Source: Myxococcota bacterium (GTDB lineage: Bacteria > Myxococcota_A > UBA796 > UBA2385). Taken from it: 57,933 bases of DNA. The notes beneath the pieces were generated by a model. It was not told the origin of the DNA, made no database searches, and saw nothing but the letters and a program-made list of their open reading frames with translations. The stretch is from the NCBI GenBank assembly GCA_044344255.1, contig JBIJDH010000034.1, forward strand, positions 1 to 57,933, given 5' to 3'. This document shows positions 1 through 8,961 of this stretch, piece after piece. The position numbers and the translations under genes were made by a program. The stretch's first letter is position 1; each line of letters opens with the position of its first letter.

Positions 1-171
1 CAGCTCCGCCGGGAACGGGAGCAGGCTGAGCGGGCGCAGCGGGCGCGGGCGGAACAGGAGCGGCAGGACCAGCTCCGCCGGGAACGGGAGCAGGCTGAGC
101 GGGCGCAGCGGGCGCGGGCGGAACAGGAGCGGCAGGACCAGCTCCGCCGGGAGCGGGAGCACGCTGACCGG
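1..171 (+). repeat. 69-bp coding tandem repeat (2 exact copies plus a partial copy; QLRREREQAERAQRARAEQERQD)
   Basis: Bases 1-69 equal 70-138. A third, diverging copy starts at 139. Confidence 0.95.
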
Positions 172-1173
172 GTGCGTCACGCCGAGGAGCAGGTGGAGCG
201 AAAAGGGTACGCACGTCGCTCGTCTACGGCTCCCTCGCCTGCCCCGGCGAGCGGTCCCGCGGTCGCCCCAGGCGCTGAAGTTATGTCGCCCGCGGCGGCT
301 GGGGCGTTGTTCGTCGCCTCGGCGCTGGCGCTCCCCCTTGGCGCTGTTGTGGTGTTCGTCGGTGTGGACTTCGGCTTCTCTCCAGAAGAGACGACTGCGA
401 GCGGCGGAGCGGTGGCCGGATGGAGCTGGACGGGCCCCAGCGGGTACACGATGAAGGCGGTCCCAGCGGGCAGCTACGAAGTGGGCTGCACGGCGCGCCA
501 GATGGGCTGCGAGGACGACGAGAAGTCGGCGCAGACGGTGATGCTGAGCAGGGGCACTCTGATGGGAAGTACGGAGGTGACGCAAGGGCTCTGGCAGAGC
601 GTGATGGGGAGCAACCCCTCGTACTTCTCGTCCTGCGGTGTCCAGTGCCCGGTAGAGCAGGTGAGCTGGGAAGACGCCGCCCAATTCGCGAACGCGCTGT
701 CGACGCAGGACGGTCTCGATGCCTGCTACACGATCAGCGGGGACAGCGTGAGTTGGCCGCGGGGCCTGAGCTGTACGGGCTATCGGCTGCCGACAGAGGC
801 GGAGTGGGAGGTGGCGGCGCGGGGCGGGCGGGACACGTTGTACGCAGGGGGCGCCGAGCCGGGTGCCGTGGGCTGGACCAGCGAGAACAGCAGCAACACA
901 ACGCACCCGGTCGGGCAGAAGGCAGCCAACGGCTACGGCCTCTACGACATGACGGGCAACGTGTGGGAGTGGACCTGGGACTGGTACGGCGCCTACAGCA
1001 GCGGCACGCAGGTAGACCCGCAGGGCGCTGGCAGCGGCTCCGGCCGGGTCTACCGCGGCGGCGGCTGGTACGTCTCGGCCGCCGGCGCCCGGGTCGCCTA
1101 CCGCGGCAGGTACGGCCCGGCCAACCGCAGCTACTACCTCGGCTTTCGTCTCGCGAGGTCTGACAGACCGTGA
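1..1173 (+). CDS. FGE-sulfatase (SUMF1/CLec-fold) domain protein with coiled-coil repeats and a TM helix; 5'-partial
   Basis: Frame is open from base 1 and continuous with ORF 172..1173. Motifs TEVTQGLW, PVEQVSWEDA, YRLPTEAEWE, NGYGLYDMTGNVWEW, RGG, GFRLAR. Hydrophobic segment ALFVASALALPLGAVVVFV. Confidence 0.9.
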   Translation, partial: QLRREREQAERAQRARAEQERQDQLRREREQAERAQRARAEQERQDQLRREREHADRVRHAEEQVERKGYARRSSTAPSPAPASGPAVAPGAEVMSPAAAGALFVASALALPLGAVVVFVGVDFGFSPEETTASGGAVAGWSWTGPSGYTMKAVPAGSYEVGCTARQMGCEDDEKSAQTVMLSRGTLMGSTEVTQGLWQSVMGSNPSYFSSCGVQCPVEQVSWEDAAQFANALSTQDGLDACYTISGDSVSWPRGLSCTGYRLPTEAEWEVAARGGRDTLYAGGAEPGAVGWTSENSSNTTHPVGQKAANGYGLYDMTGNVWEWTWDWYGAYSSGTQVDPQGAGSGSGRVYRGGGWYVSAAGARVAYRGRYGPANRSYYLGFRLARSDRP

Positions 1174-1574
1174 CGGCCCTTGATCCTTGATCCCCTGATC
1201 ACCTGACGGCTGCTGTTCGGCCGACTGCCTGCTGAATAGGCCGCTGGGCGCTTTCCATTAGGCTGAAGTTGGCATAGGTCGAATAGCAAGAATGGCCATC
1301 AACACGGAATTTGAGACGTATGCGGGCGCTCGCGTTCTATCTACGCCAGAACGAGACCGGTCCGGCGGTGCGCGATCCGGCCCGAAGCTCAGGCCGGCGG
1401 AGCGGAGCTCGCGTGGAGCCTGTCGAGGACCTTCCCTTGATCCACCTCGATCACCGGGCCACCCCCGATCCAGGACCTCCTTACCCCTGTAGCCGCGAAC
1501 AGGCAACGTGGTCAGACAACGCCCAACGCATGGCGGGCCCGTCGAAGTAGGTTGACCACAGGGAGCCTCGATGC

Positions 1575-2393
1575 TCACTCTCCTTCCTCAAATGGACAAC
1601 CTCTCTCGTCTCCGCTGAATTGACGTGCGATACTGCCCACAGTGACTCGACTTATCTTGACCAGATTTTTATCCGCCTTGAAGAAGAGATTGAGCGTTTT
1701 TTCGTTATAGACGACACGAATTTCAGCATCCTCGACTCCCACCCGATAGGTGTCGCCATCGATAGAGAGCATCGGATAGTACATGCACGATTGGTTGACC
1801 TCGAAAACAGCCATTCGTCTTTGTAAACCCACGAACTGGCCTATCCCTCCCATCTCATCAGGAGAAGGCAATTTAGTAGGCTCTGCGCTCTCTGTGCCAC
1901 CAAAGGTCCGAAGTGACTTTCTTTCGTAGAGAGGAATACGGCCACCCTTAGCAAAGGGTGCCGCCCCTCCGGCGGCGAGGTATCCAGCGAGCAAAAATTC
2001 CCATCTAGATTGGGTAATAACGACATATCGAATCTTGGAGAACTCGACCCCTCCTCCTGTTATCCAACCATGATCCGTAGTGACCAGGAGTAAAAATGGC
2101 TTCTGGTCTGCAGGGTGAACTGCGAATACTACAGCAGTAATGGATGAAAGATCTGAAATACTGCTGGCCTCCCACTCCACCAAATAGAGTTCAAAGTCCT
2201 TGAGCTCTGGTCTTGTGGCCAACACCCACTCAACCGCGTCTAGTTCAAGTTGCTCCCTCACGAGATGCACCAGGGCTATCGCCGACACCACTGCCACGGC
2301 AGCGGCCGCGCCGGCCGCAGCCGGTGTTCCCTCTGGCTCGCGGGCATCGGCTTCGCCACTGAGTGCGGCGAGCAGGAGAGTGATCATCATCAA
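1575..2393 (-). CDS. hypothetical exported protein, lower GC than flanks
   Basis: 272-aa ORF with signal-peptide-like N-terminus (MITLLLAALSGEADA). Visibly AT-richer codons. Confidence 0.7.
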   Translation of the reverse strand: MMMITLLLAALSGEADAREPEGTPAAAGAAAAVAVVSAIALVHLVREQLELDAVEWVLATRPELKDFELYLVEWEASSISDLSSITAVVFAVHPADQKPFLLLVTTDHGWITGGGVEFSKIRYVVITQSRWEFLLAGYLAAGGAAPFAKGGRIPLYERKSLRTFGGTESAEPTKLPSPDEMGGIGQFVGLQRRMAVFEVNQSCMYYPMLSIDGDTYRVGVEDAEIRVVYNEKTLNLFFKADKNLVKISRVTVGSIARQFSGDERGCPFEEGE

Positions 2394-2869
2394 GGCGATC
2401 TCGTTGGAAGGTAGAAGTTCGGGAGGTCACAACCCTCGTAATCAACTTCTCGTTGACGCGCCTCTGGCCAATGCCAGCATCCCCCCGACACACGGGTAGC
2501 TCGGCCCAGGGGTCCAAGAAGGATCCAAACATCAACTCAGCCGCGAATAAGGCATCATGGTGCGTTGGATTTGCCCCGATTTCGTAGACAGCCTCGGCCC
2601 CACCCTACCCGTAACCCCAGCCCGAAGGCATCGTTCCCCACCGCCGCCACTCTCCCCCGCGTCGGCGTGAGCCACACATCCGACCGCCCATCTTGCCGCC
2701 CCACCAGCCCCTCCACCGGCCAGGCCGCGCTGTTCGCCACCACCAGCGCGAGCGCCGAGGGCAGCGTGAACCGCACCCGCCCGTCATCCGCGCCGACCTC
2801 CAGGGTGCCGACCATCCGCACGTCGAAGACGAAGCCGAGGCCGGACTCTGCTTCGGGACTCCGACAATC

Positions 2870-3766
2870 CTACCGGCACACTTCGGCGGCCGCTACGGAT
2901 CGCCCTTCGGGCCTTCGGTGCTCCTTCCAGGAGCCGGAGGCGATCACGAGCTCCCCCGATGGCGCCGCGAGCCAATAGGTCCAGGCCAGGGCGCCCGCCG
3001 TACTCCCTTCCACCACCTGCACGACCCTCCGCACGAACAGGGAGCCGCCCTGGCCGAAGCCGCGGAAGCCCTCCACGCGGTCGAGGCAGCGGACGGCCAA
3101 CTCCAGGTCGGCGACCCGGACCACCTCTCCCCTCACCTGCTCCGCCGCCTCCCCGGCGGGCACCATCCCCGGCCAGGCGCCACAATCCAAGAGCCGCCCC
3201 GGGGCGACCGCCGCCCGGATGTTGCGGACACCGGCAGGGGCGAGCGCCCCATGGCGACACTCCCCTCGGAGGAGCGTGCCGTACACGAACAAGGCCTCCA
3301 CCGCGGAGGCGACCTCCCCTCGCGCAGCGGCGGCCAGGGGCTCGAGGCCGGCCGCCTGCCCATGCGCCCGGAGCCCGGCGCGCACAACGGCGAGGTAGTC
3401 CGGGCGGGGCGCCACGAAGGCCTCCCGGCGGGAGGGGACGACCTCGTATGTCTCCACCTCGACCTCCACGCCTTCCTCATCGAGGACCACCACCCGAATG
3501 CGCCGGAGCCAGTGGGGGTGCCCTTCCTTTCGGTTCAGCACCGCCCAGCCGCCGGGCGCCACGTGAAACAGCATGCCCACGACCACAGCGCCAGGGCGGG
3601 GCACGATGTCGAGGGCACCCCCACCGCGGCTCGGCGAGAAGTAGGTGAAGGCCAGCGCCCGGTCGGGCAGGAGCGCCGGGCCGACGGGCGTGAGCAAGTC
3701 GGCCCGGCCCGTGCTTCGGGCGAGGTCCTTCGCGTTCAGGTTCGAGCCATAGGCGAAATAGAGCAT
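2870..3766 (-). CDS. tandem gamma-glutamylcyclotransferase (AIG2-like) domain protein
   Basis: Two GGCT signature starts, MLYFAYGSNL and LFVYGTLLRG, plus LNRKEG and LDRVEG. ATG at 3766 preceded by GAGGGAG RBS. Confidence 0.85.
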   Translation of the reverse strand: MLYFAYGSNLNAKDLARSTGRADLLTPVGPALLPDRALAFTYFSPSRGGGALDIVPRPGAVVVGMLFHVAPGGWAVLNRKEGHPHWLRRIRVVVLDEEGVEVEVETYEVVPSRREAFVAPRPDYLAVVRAGLRAHGQAAGLEPLAAAARGEVASAVEALFVYGTLLRGECRHGALAPAGVRNIRAAVAPGRLLDCGAWPGMVPAGEAAEQVRGEVVRVADLELAVRCLDRVEGFRGFGQGGSLFVRRVVQVVEGSTAGALAWTYWLAAPSGELVIASGSWKEHRRPEGRSVAAAEVCR

Positions 3767-3792
3767 CTTCTCCCTCGATTTTCTCCCTGCTG

Positions 3793-4254
3793 TCATAGAG
3801 CACCCGGGCGACGCCGGCCAGTGAACATTTCCAGGCGCTGGAAGCGGATCCGTTGTTCCACCCAGGAGAGGCATGCCGCCACCGGATGGAGGTCCCGCTC
3901 GATGAGGGGCTCGATGCCGTCCACCGCTTCGAGGTGGAGCAGGCGCTCCTGAAGGTCCGGCGCCAGCTGTAGGAGGCTCAGGACCTGGGTGACCCGCGCC
4001 CGCGTGAGCCCCTGGCGACGAGCGAGGTCCGCTTGGCCCGGTACGAGCCCGTGCTCGATGTCGTGCTCCCATTGATGGGCCAGCGAGAGGAGCTGAGCCA
4101 CACGCGCCGGGCGGCGGCAGGGCTTCCGCGGGGGTGGCACCGGCCCGGGAGGCGGCGCCCCGCGCACGCGGCCCAAGGCCTCCCCGAGCTGCAAGACCAC
4201 CACACGGCGTCCGAGCGCCGGAGCGGGTGGCCCGGGCGGCGGAAGGGGGTTCAC
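3793..4254 (-). CDS. recombinase-associated HTH-like accessory protein
   Basis: LAHQWEHDIEHG...ADLARRQGLTRARVTQVLSLLQLAPDLQE is the motif typical of genes following DUF2924-linked recombinases. GTGA overlap with the recombinase stop. Confidence 0.75.
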   Translation of the reverse strand: MNPLPPPGPPAPALGRRVVVLQLGEALGRVRGAPPPGPVPPPRKPCRRPARVAQLLSLAHQWEHDIEHGLVPGQADLARRQGLTRARVTQVLSLLQLAPDLQERLLHLEAVDGIEPLIERDLHPVAACLSWVEQRIRFQRLEMFTGRRRPGAL

Positions 4255-5864
4255 GCGCCCTCCCCGACCGCGGTGTCCGCCGAAGCGGCGAGATCCGCGA
4301 GCACCACCGCGACCTGCCCGTTGTCGCCCTGAATGTCGATGCGCTCAATGACCGCGCGCAGCAGCCGGTGCTGATTCTCCAGGGTGAGCAAGGGCCAGGC
4401 CCGCTCGAAGCCCCGGAGCATCCCAGCCACCTGCCGGGCGTCCACCTCCGCCGCATCGAGGGCCTCCAGGCGCCGGTGGACCACCGACAGCCGGGACCGC
4501 TTCTGGGCCGCCTGCTCCTCCAGCTCCGCGCGCCGCTCCTGGTCCTCCGGCCGCAGCAGGCTCAACCGGCCTTGGCCGGGGGCGCCTCCCAACCGTTCCG
4601 CCTCCTCGGCCAGCCGCGAGATGTCGCGCGGAAGCTGCTGCCGCTCTGTTTGAAGGTCGCGGCGCTCCCGTTCGACCCGTGCCCCGAGCTCCCGGCAAAC
4701 GTCCTCGACCAGCCCCGGGTCCGCCGCCACCTCCCGCATCTGCGCGACCACCGCCTCCTCCAGGCCCGGGGCCCGGACCGGCGCCGCCGGGCAAGCATCT
4801 GCGCCGAGGCGGTCTCGATTCGAGCACCGGTAGTACCTGTATTCCTGGCCCTTCTTGCGGGTGGAGCCGGCGACGTAGGCGGCCCCGCAGCACCCGCAGC
4901 GCACGAGGCCGCTCAGCAGGTAGGCCGTGTTGCGGCCGCCACCTTCACCGCCGCGACGCCGATCGATGAGGGCCTGCACCGCCTCCCAGCGCTCCCGGGG
5001 CACGATGGCCTCGTGCTCCCCATCCACAAGGGTATCCCCGGAGCGGATGAGGCCCGCGTAGATCGGATTCTGGAGCAGGTTGAGCACCGCCGGCTTCGTC
5101 CACCGCCCCGGGACGCGATCGGCGCCGGGCCGCCCGCGGGTACGGTGCCCTTCCGCATCCAGGGCGCGGGCCACCCCGATGGGCGAGGGGCTCTGGTGGT
5201 AGAGCGCGAAAGCCCGGTGCACGGCCACCGCCTCGCTGGGCTCGATGACCAGCCGCTTGTTCACGTTCGTGTAGCCGATGGGCAGGGCACCGCCGGTCCA
5301 CATCCCCCGCTCCCGAGCCGCAGCAATTTTGTCCCGGGTGCGCTCGGCGGTTCGCTCCCTCTCCATCTGCGCCAGGGCCATCAGCACCGTGGTCATGGCC
5401 CGCCCGAAGGGGGTGGTCGTGTCGAACTGCTCCGTGACGATCACCAGCTCCGTGCGCCGGTCGTTCAACCACTCGACCAACTGCACGAAGTCGCTGGTGC
5501 TGCGGCTGATGCGGTCGAGCTTGTACGCCACCACCACGTCCACCAAGCCATTCTCGATGTCGTCCACGAGCCGCTGGAAGGCGGGGCGGTCGAGCGTGGC
5601 CCCGCTGAAGCCCCCGTCATCATAGCGGGTGTCGAGGATGCGCCAGCCTTCCCGGGCCCGCGTCTGGGCGTGCTGCTCGCAGATGGTGCGCTGGGCGTCC
5701 AGGCTGTTGAAATCCTGGTCGAGGCCCTTGGTCGTCGACTTGCGGGTGTAGATGGCCACCCGCTTCGTCGGCACCGCGGCGCTCCCCGAGGAACGGCTGG
5801 CGGGCCGCCCCAACGGCCGCCCGGGGCCGCGGCTGTGGCGGGTCGTAGGAGGAGGTCGGCTCAT
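4251..5864 (-). CDS. large serine recombinase (resolvase + recombinase + Zn-ribbon domains)
   Basis: AIYTRKST catalytic Ser, YDDGGFSGATLDRPAFQRL, YKLDRISRS, LLSGLVRCGCCG, YYRC, coiled coil. ATG at 5864 overlaps the DUF2924 stop (ATGA). Confidence 0.95.
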   Translation of the reverse strand: MSRPPPTTRHSRGPGRPLGRPASRSSGSAAVPTKRVAIYTRKSTTKGLDQDFNSLDAQRTICEQHAQTRAREGWRILDTRYDDGGFSGATLDRPAFQRLVDDIENGLVDVVVAYKLDRISRSTSDFVQLVEWLNDRRTELVIVTEQFDTTTPFGRAMTTVLMALAQMERERTAERTRDKIAAARERGMWTGGALPIGYTNVNKRLVIEPSEAVAVHRAFALYHQSPSPIGVARALDAEGHRTRGRPGADRVPGRWTKPAVLNLLQNPIYAGLIRSGDTLVDGEHEAIVPRERWEAVQALIDRRRGGEGGGRNTAYLLSGLVRCGCCGAAYVAGSTRKKGQEYRYYRCSNRDRLGADACPAAPVRAPGLEEAVVAQMREVAADPGLVEDVCRELGARVERERRDLQTERQQLPRDISRLAEEAERLGGAPGQGRLSLLRPEDQERRAELEEQAAQKRSRLSVVHRRLEALDAAEVDARQVAGMLRGFERAWPLLTLENQHRLLRAVIERIDIQGDNGQVAVVLADLAASADTAVGEGA

Positions 5865-6607
5865 CGGGCACCCCTTCCCGCCCGCGCCGGGGCGGCCGTG
5901 CCCGCGGCCCCGCTGGCGGCCCGGAGGGCGAAGAAGCGGAAGCCGTTCCAGTCCGTGCCTGTGATGGCCTTGGCCACCTCGGAGAGGGAGCCGTAGGGGC
6001 GGCCCTTCCACGTGCAGCCTTCGTGTTCCACGATGACCTCCTGCTCGACCCCCTTGTAGACGCGGCGGAGGGCGGTCCCGGGCGGCGGCAGTCGGGGATC
6101 GCGGCTGCTGGGCAGCACCGACTCCGCCGATCGCGTGCCCCGCTCCACGCCCGGGCGAGCCGCCGGCTTCGCGGGCGGCACCGCCGCGCCGTGGCCGGCC
6201 CTGTGGGCGCCGATCGGGTGGCGGCGCTCGGCCTCGCACCAGGCGAGCACCTCGTCGATGCGCTGCTTCGCCCGCTCCGTCAGGCCCCCCTCCACGAGGG
6301 TCTGGACGCGGCGGGCGACCTTCTTCTGGAGCCAGTCGCGGTTGCGGGAGCGGCAAGGCTCATCGTGCAGCCGGAGATACTCCTCTGCGAGCTCGGAGAC
6401 CGACAGCGTGGGCAGGATCGACAGGTAGCGGGCGATCTCCGACAGCGGCGGCGGCGAGACCGCGGCGGCTGCCATCGGCCGTCGGCCCATCGGGGCCGAA
6501 AAGGCGGGGTGGAAGGCGGGGGTGGGGGTGGGCATGGGCGCTCCGGCGACAGGAACGGGGACGAGGGTGGTGGGCGGGAGGAGCCGCGCGAGGGCGGCTG
6601 CGATCAC
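5861..6607 (-). CDS. DUF2924 domain-containing protein
   Basis: PPPGTALRRVYKG...WKGRPYGSLSEVAKAITGTDWNGFRFF. Lies directly upstream of the recombinase. Start uncertain. Confidence 0.88.
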   Translation of the reverse strand: MIAAALARLLPPTTLVPVPVAGAPMPTPTPAFHPAFSAPMGRRPMAAAAVSPPPLSEIARYLSILPTLSVSELAEEYLRLHDEPCRSRNRDWLQKKVARRVQTLVEGGLTERAKQRIDEVLAWCEAERRHPIGAHRAGHGAAVPPAKPAARPGVERGTRSAESVLPSSRDPRLPPPGTALRRVYKGVEQEVIVEHEGCTWKGRPYGSLSEVAKAITGTDWNGFRFFALRAASGAAGTAAPARAGRGAR

Positions 6608-7035
6608 CGTCGCGAACGCGAGGTCCGCGGCGGTGACCCCATGTCGGCCTGACGATTCGCACCCGTCAAGCAGGAAGATTCATGTTTCGAAGGAGCGGCT
6701 CGGACACCCGGCGAGGCTTTCGACACGGGCGCCCGAACGCCCTCAATGAGGTCCGCTGGGCCACCGGGCCCAGTGAGCCCCTTTGACTCACTCGAGGCCC
6801 TGGGCACGCCACCGCTGTAGACGAGCGCCAGGAGGGCGGTGGCGAGAAGCTCCACCACCTCCTGCCGACGCGCCCGGCCGATGAACTGTGAGCAACCGGC
6901 CTCGGGGACCATAGGGCGCCGCCCGCCGTCCCCTTGTCGGCTCCCCGGCCGGGTTTCCGGGAGCCCAGGGCGGGGCGCCGAGCCGCCAGCCCGCAACGGC
7001 GGCGAGGGGCTGCCAGGAAAGCGCGTGCGGTTCAT
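6604..7035 (-). CDS. small hypothetical protein upstream of DUF2924
   Basis: Overlaps both neighbours by 4 bp. Helix RRQEVVELLATALLALV resembles small ORFs found at this position in such elements. Confidence 0.5.
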   Translation of the reverse strand: MNRTRFPGSPSPPLRAGGSAPRPGLPETRPGSRQGDGGRRPMVPEAGCSQFIGRARRQEVVELLATALLALVYSGGVPRASSESKGLTGPGGPADLIEGVRAPVSKASPGVRAAPSKHESSCLTGANRQADMGSPPRTSRSRR

Positions 7036-8204
7036 GGCAGCACCCCCCAGCGAGGCTGCACCTTGATGTCCACGCCCGCGTCCACGCCGGTCTCGCGGAG
7101 GCCCTGGACCATGCAGGCCCGCACCACCTCGGCTCCTTCCTCGGCCAGTGCCTCCGGAACCGCCATCACCAGGCCGTCATACATCGTCAGGACCAGCCGG
7201 AGACCCGTTTCGGCCTTGAGGGGCTGGAGGATCGCCAAGGCTCGATCCAGGGCGCTCCCCTCAATGGCCCGAAACAAAGAGGAGATGACCCTCCGCTCCG
7301 CGGCCTCCCGATCGGCCTCCAGGTTCTTCCCTTTGCCCCCCACCTTGCCGGAGAGCTCCGCCGCGCTGAAACGGAAGCAGTGACCATCCGGGGCCCGGAT
7401 GGTGAGGCCTTTCCCGGCATCAACTTGGCGCCGGATGAGCGTCCGGACATCGTCCAGAAAGGCCTTGAAGCCGCCGTAGCGCAGCCACCACTGGTCATGG
7501 ACTCGGCAGGCCCGCTCCAGCGGCACCTGGATACCATCCTCATCGAGGGCCTCTCTCAATCCATACGCGGTGGCACCGCCCACCAGTGCGTTATTGATGA
7601 GCTTCCCAACCTGACGCCGGCGGGCCGCATCGAAGCGGGTGGCGTACATGTCACCGATTCGCTGGTGCATATCCGCCCGAAGATCCCTCTGCAGGCGGGC
7701 ATCACCCGTGAGCGCCGCCGCGATGGCCGGGAAGCAACCCTGGATGTCCGCCAAGACGAGGTCGTGCCCAGGAAGGGTCCGGATGGCGGGCCGCACCGCG
7801 TTCGGGATGGACTGAAGCAGTGCGCGGGGATGGGGGAGGTTCTTGTACCCATGCCGCGTGAGCACAGGGCAACCGTGGTGGCCCAGCAACCGGTAGGCGT
7901 ACCGCCGACCGCCGTGCTCTTCGCGACCTACGGCGTTGTAGGTGAATGGGGTGCCCGTCTTCGCGGACCGGCTGAGCAGCTCCACGATTGGCCCCCTCTC
8001 CACCGTCGTGGACTGGTCGATCCTGGCGAGCCATTCCGCCAGCAACGGCCAGAAGGCATCCGGGTCCATGCGGAAGGGTGCCGGCTTGGCAAACCAGGAC
8101 GCCACCTCATCCCGCGAGGCGGAGGGCCGCTGATCCAGTTGGAGAGTCTCGGGCAGGTTGATGTCAGGCACATTCTCTCCACTATCCGCGGTGTTAATGG
8201 TCAT
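7032..8204 (-). CDS. divergent family A (PolA-superfamily) polymerase domain, no exonuclease domains
   Basis: LQSIP..VRPAIR..PGHDLVLADIQGCFP (motif A), RRQVGKLINNALVGG (motif B), LVLTMYDGLV (motif C), C-terminal IKVQPRWG. ATG at 8204. Confidence 0.8.
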   Translation of the reverse strand: MTINTADSGENVPDINLPETLQLDQRPSASRDEVASWFAKPAPFRMDPDAFWPLLAEWLARIDQSTTVERGPIVELLSRSAKTGTPFTYNAVGREEHGGRRYAYRLLGHHGCPVLTRHGYKNLPHPRALLQSIPNAVRPAIRTLPGHDLVLADIQGCFPAIAAALTGDARLQRDLRADMHQRIGDMYATRFDAARRRQVGKLINNALVGGATAYGLREALDEDGIQVPLERACRVHDQWWLRYGGFKAFLDDVRTLIRRQVDAGKGLTIRAPDGHCFRFSAAELSGKVGGKGKNLEADREAAERRVISSLFRAIEGSALDRALAILQPLKAETGLRLVLTMYDGLVMAVPEALAEEGAEVVRACMVQGLRETGVDAGVDIKVQPRWGVLP

Positions 8205-8251
8205 TGCTTCACCCGTATGGTTGTGGTTTCTCCGATAGGCACTCGCGATCC

Positions 8252-8533
8252 GGCCCGCTCCGCGCCGCTTCGCGGCGCTTCGGGGCCCCCCCTCCTTCCT
8301 CTCCTCCCCGCTCCTGCTCCTCCCCCTCCTGGCGCGCCGGTGCTTGTGTTCGGGTGGGTTCGGGGTTGCGGCCGCCTCCACCCACCCGTCCCCCCACCCC
8401 AGGAACCGGAGCCGAATGTCGGAAGGCGAACGGACGAGAGCACCCTCGGCGACAGGAGGGACAGGAGGAGGGCAGGAGGGCAAAGGAGCCGGGGGGGCCC
8501 CGGAGGCGCCGCGAAGCGGCGCCGGAGCGGGCC
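8252..8533. repeat. long imperfect inverted repeat (~42-bp arms), each arm carrying a GC-stem GAA-triloop hairpin
   Basis: Arm 8252-8292 (ggcccgctccgcgccgcttcgcggcgcttcggggccccccc) is nearly the reverse complement of arm 8491-8533. Confidence 0.85.
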
Positions 8534-8729
8534 CTTTCCATCGCTCACCCCCGACCACTGGCGCCCGATGCCTGAGTGGCCTCCCTCTCGCCCCGGTGGC
8601 CTCCCCTGCGCCCCGGGGGGTTCTCCGTAGAGCGGGGCGCCACTTATCACCATCGAAGGCTTGTTCTACCCCTGTCGCCCCGCGCGCCCCGCTCTTTCGC
8701 GCACACCACTCATTCTCAGAGGGGCCGCG

Positions 8730-8925
8730 AAATAGTTGTTCTTGGGTCCACTTCCGAGACGGCCAAAAACATTTCTTTAACGGACTCTCTATATAGACAT
8801 GGTGTTCTCTTAATGCGGGGCACCCGTCCTTCTCCCCAGCGAGAACACCCTCCCCTGGCTGATTCCCGAGGGCCCCGCCAGGGCGGGGCATCCCGGGGGC
8901 AGCATCGGGGCGGGTGGGGCACCCC
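8730..8925. promoter_or_regulatory. candidate replication origin: AT-rich tract plus GGGGCA(C/T)CC repeats
   Basis: AT-rich 8730-8814 in GC-rich surroundings. Repeats at 8815, 8883 and 8914, just 3' of the helicase gene. Confidence 0.45.
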
Positions 8926-8961
8926 GCGGGGCGGAGCGCGCATGGTCGCTGGCTGCGGGCC

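Noticed and set aside
2555..2872. Possible TAG read-through or nonsense mutation extending the GGCT gene by ~104 codons
   Set aside because: The second GGCT domain is already complete (IASGSW), and long open frames are common at this GC content.
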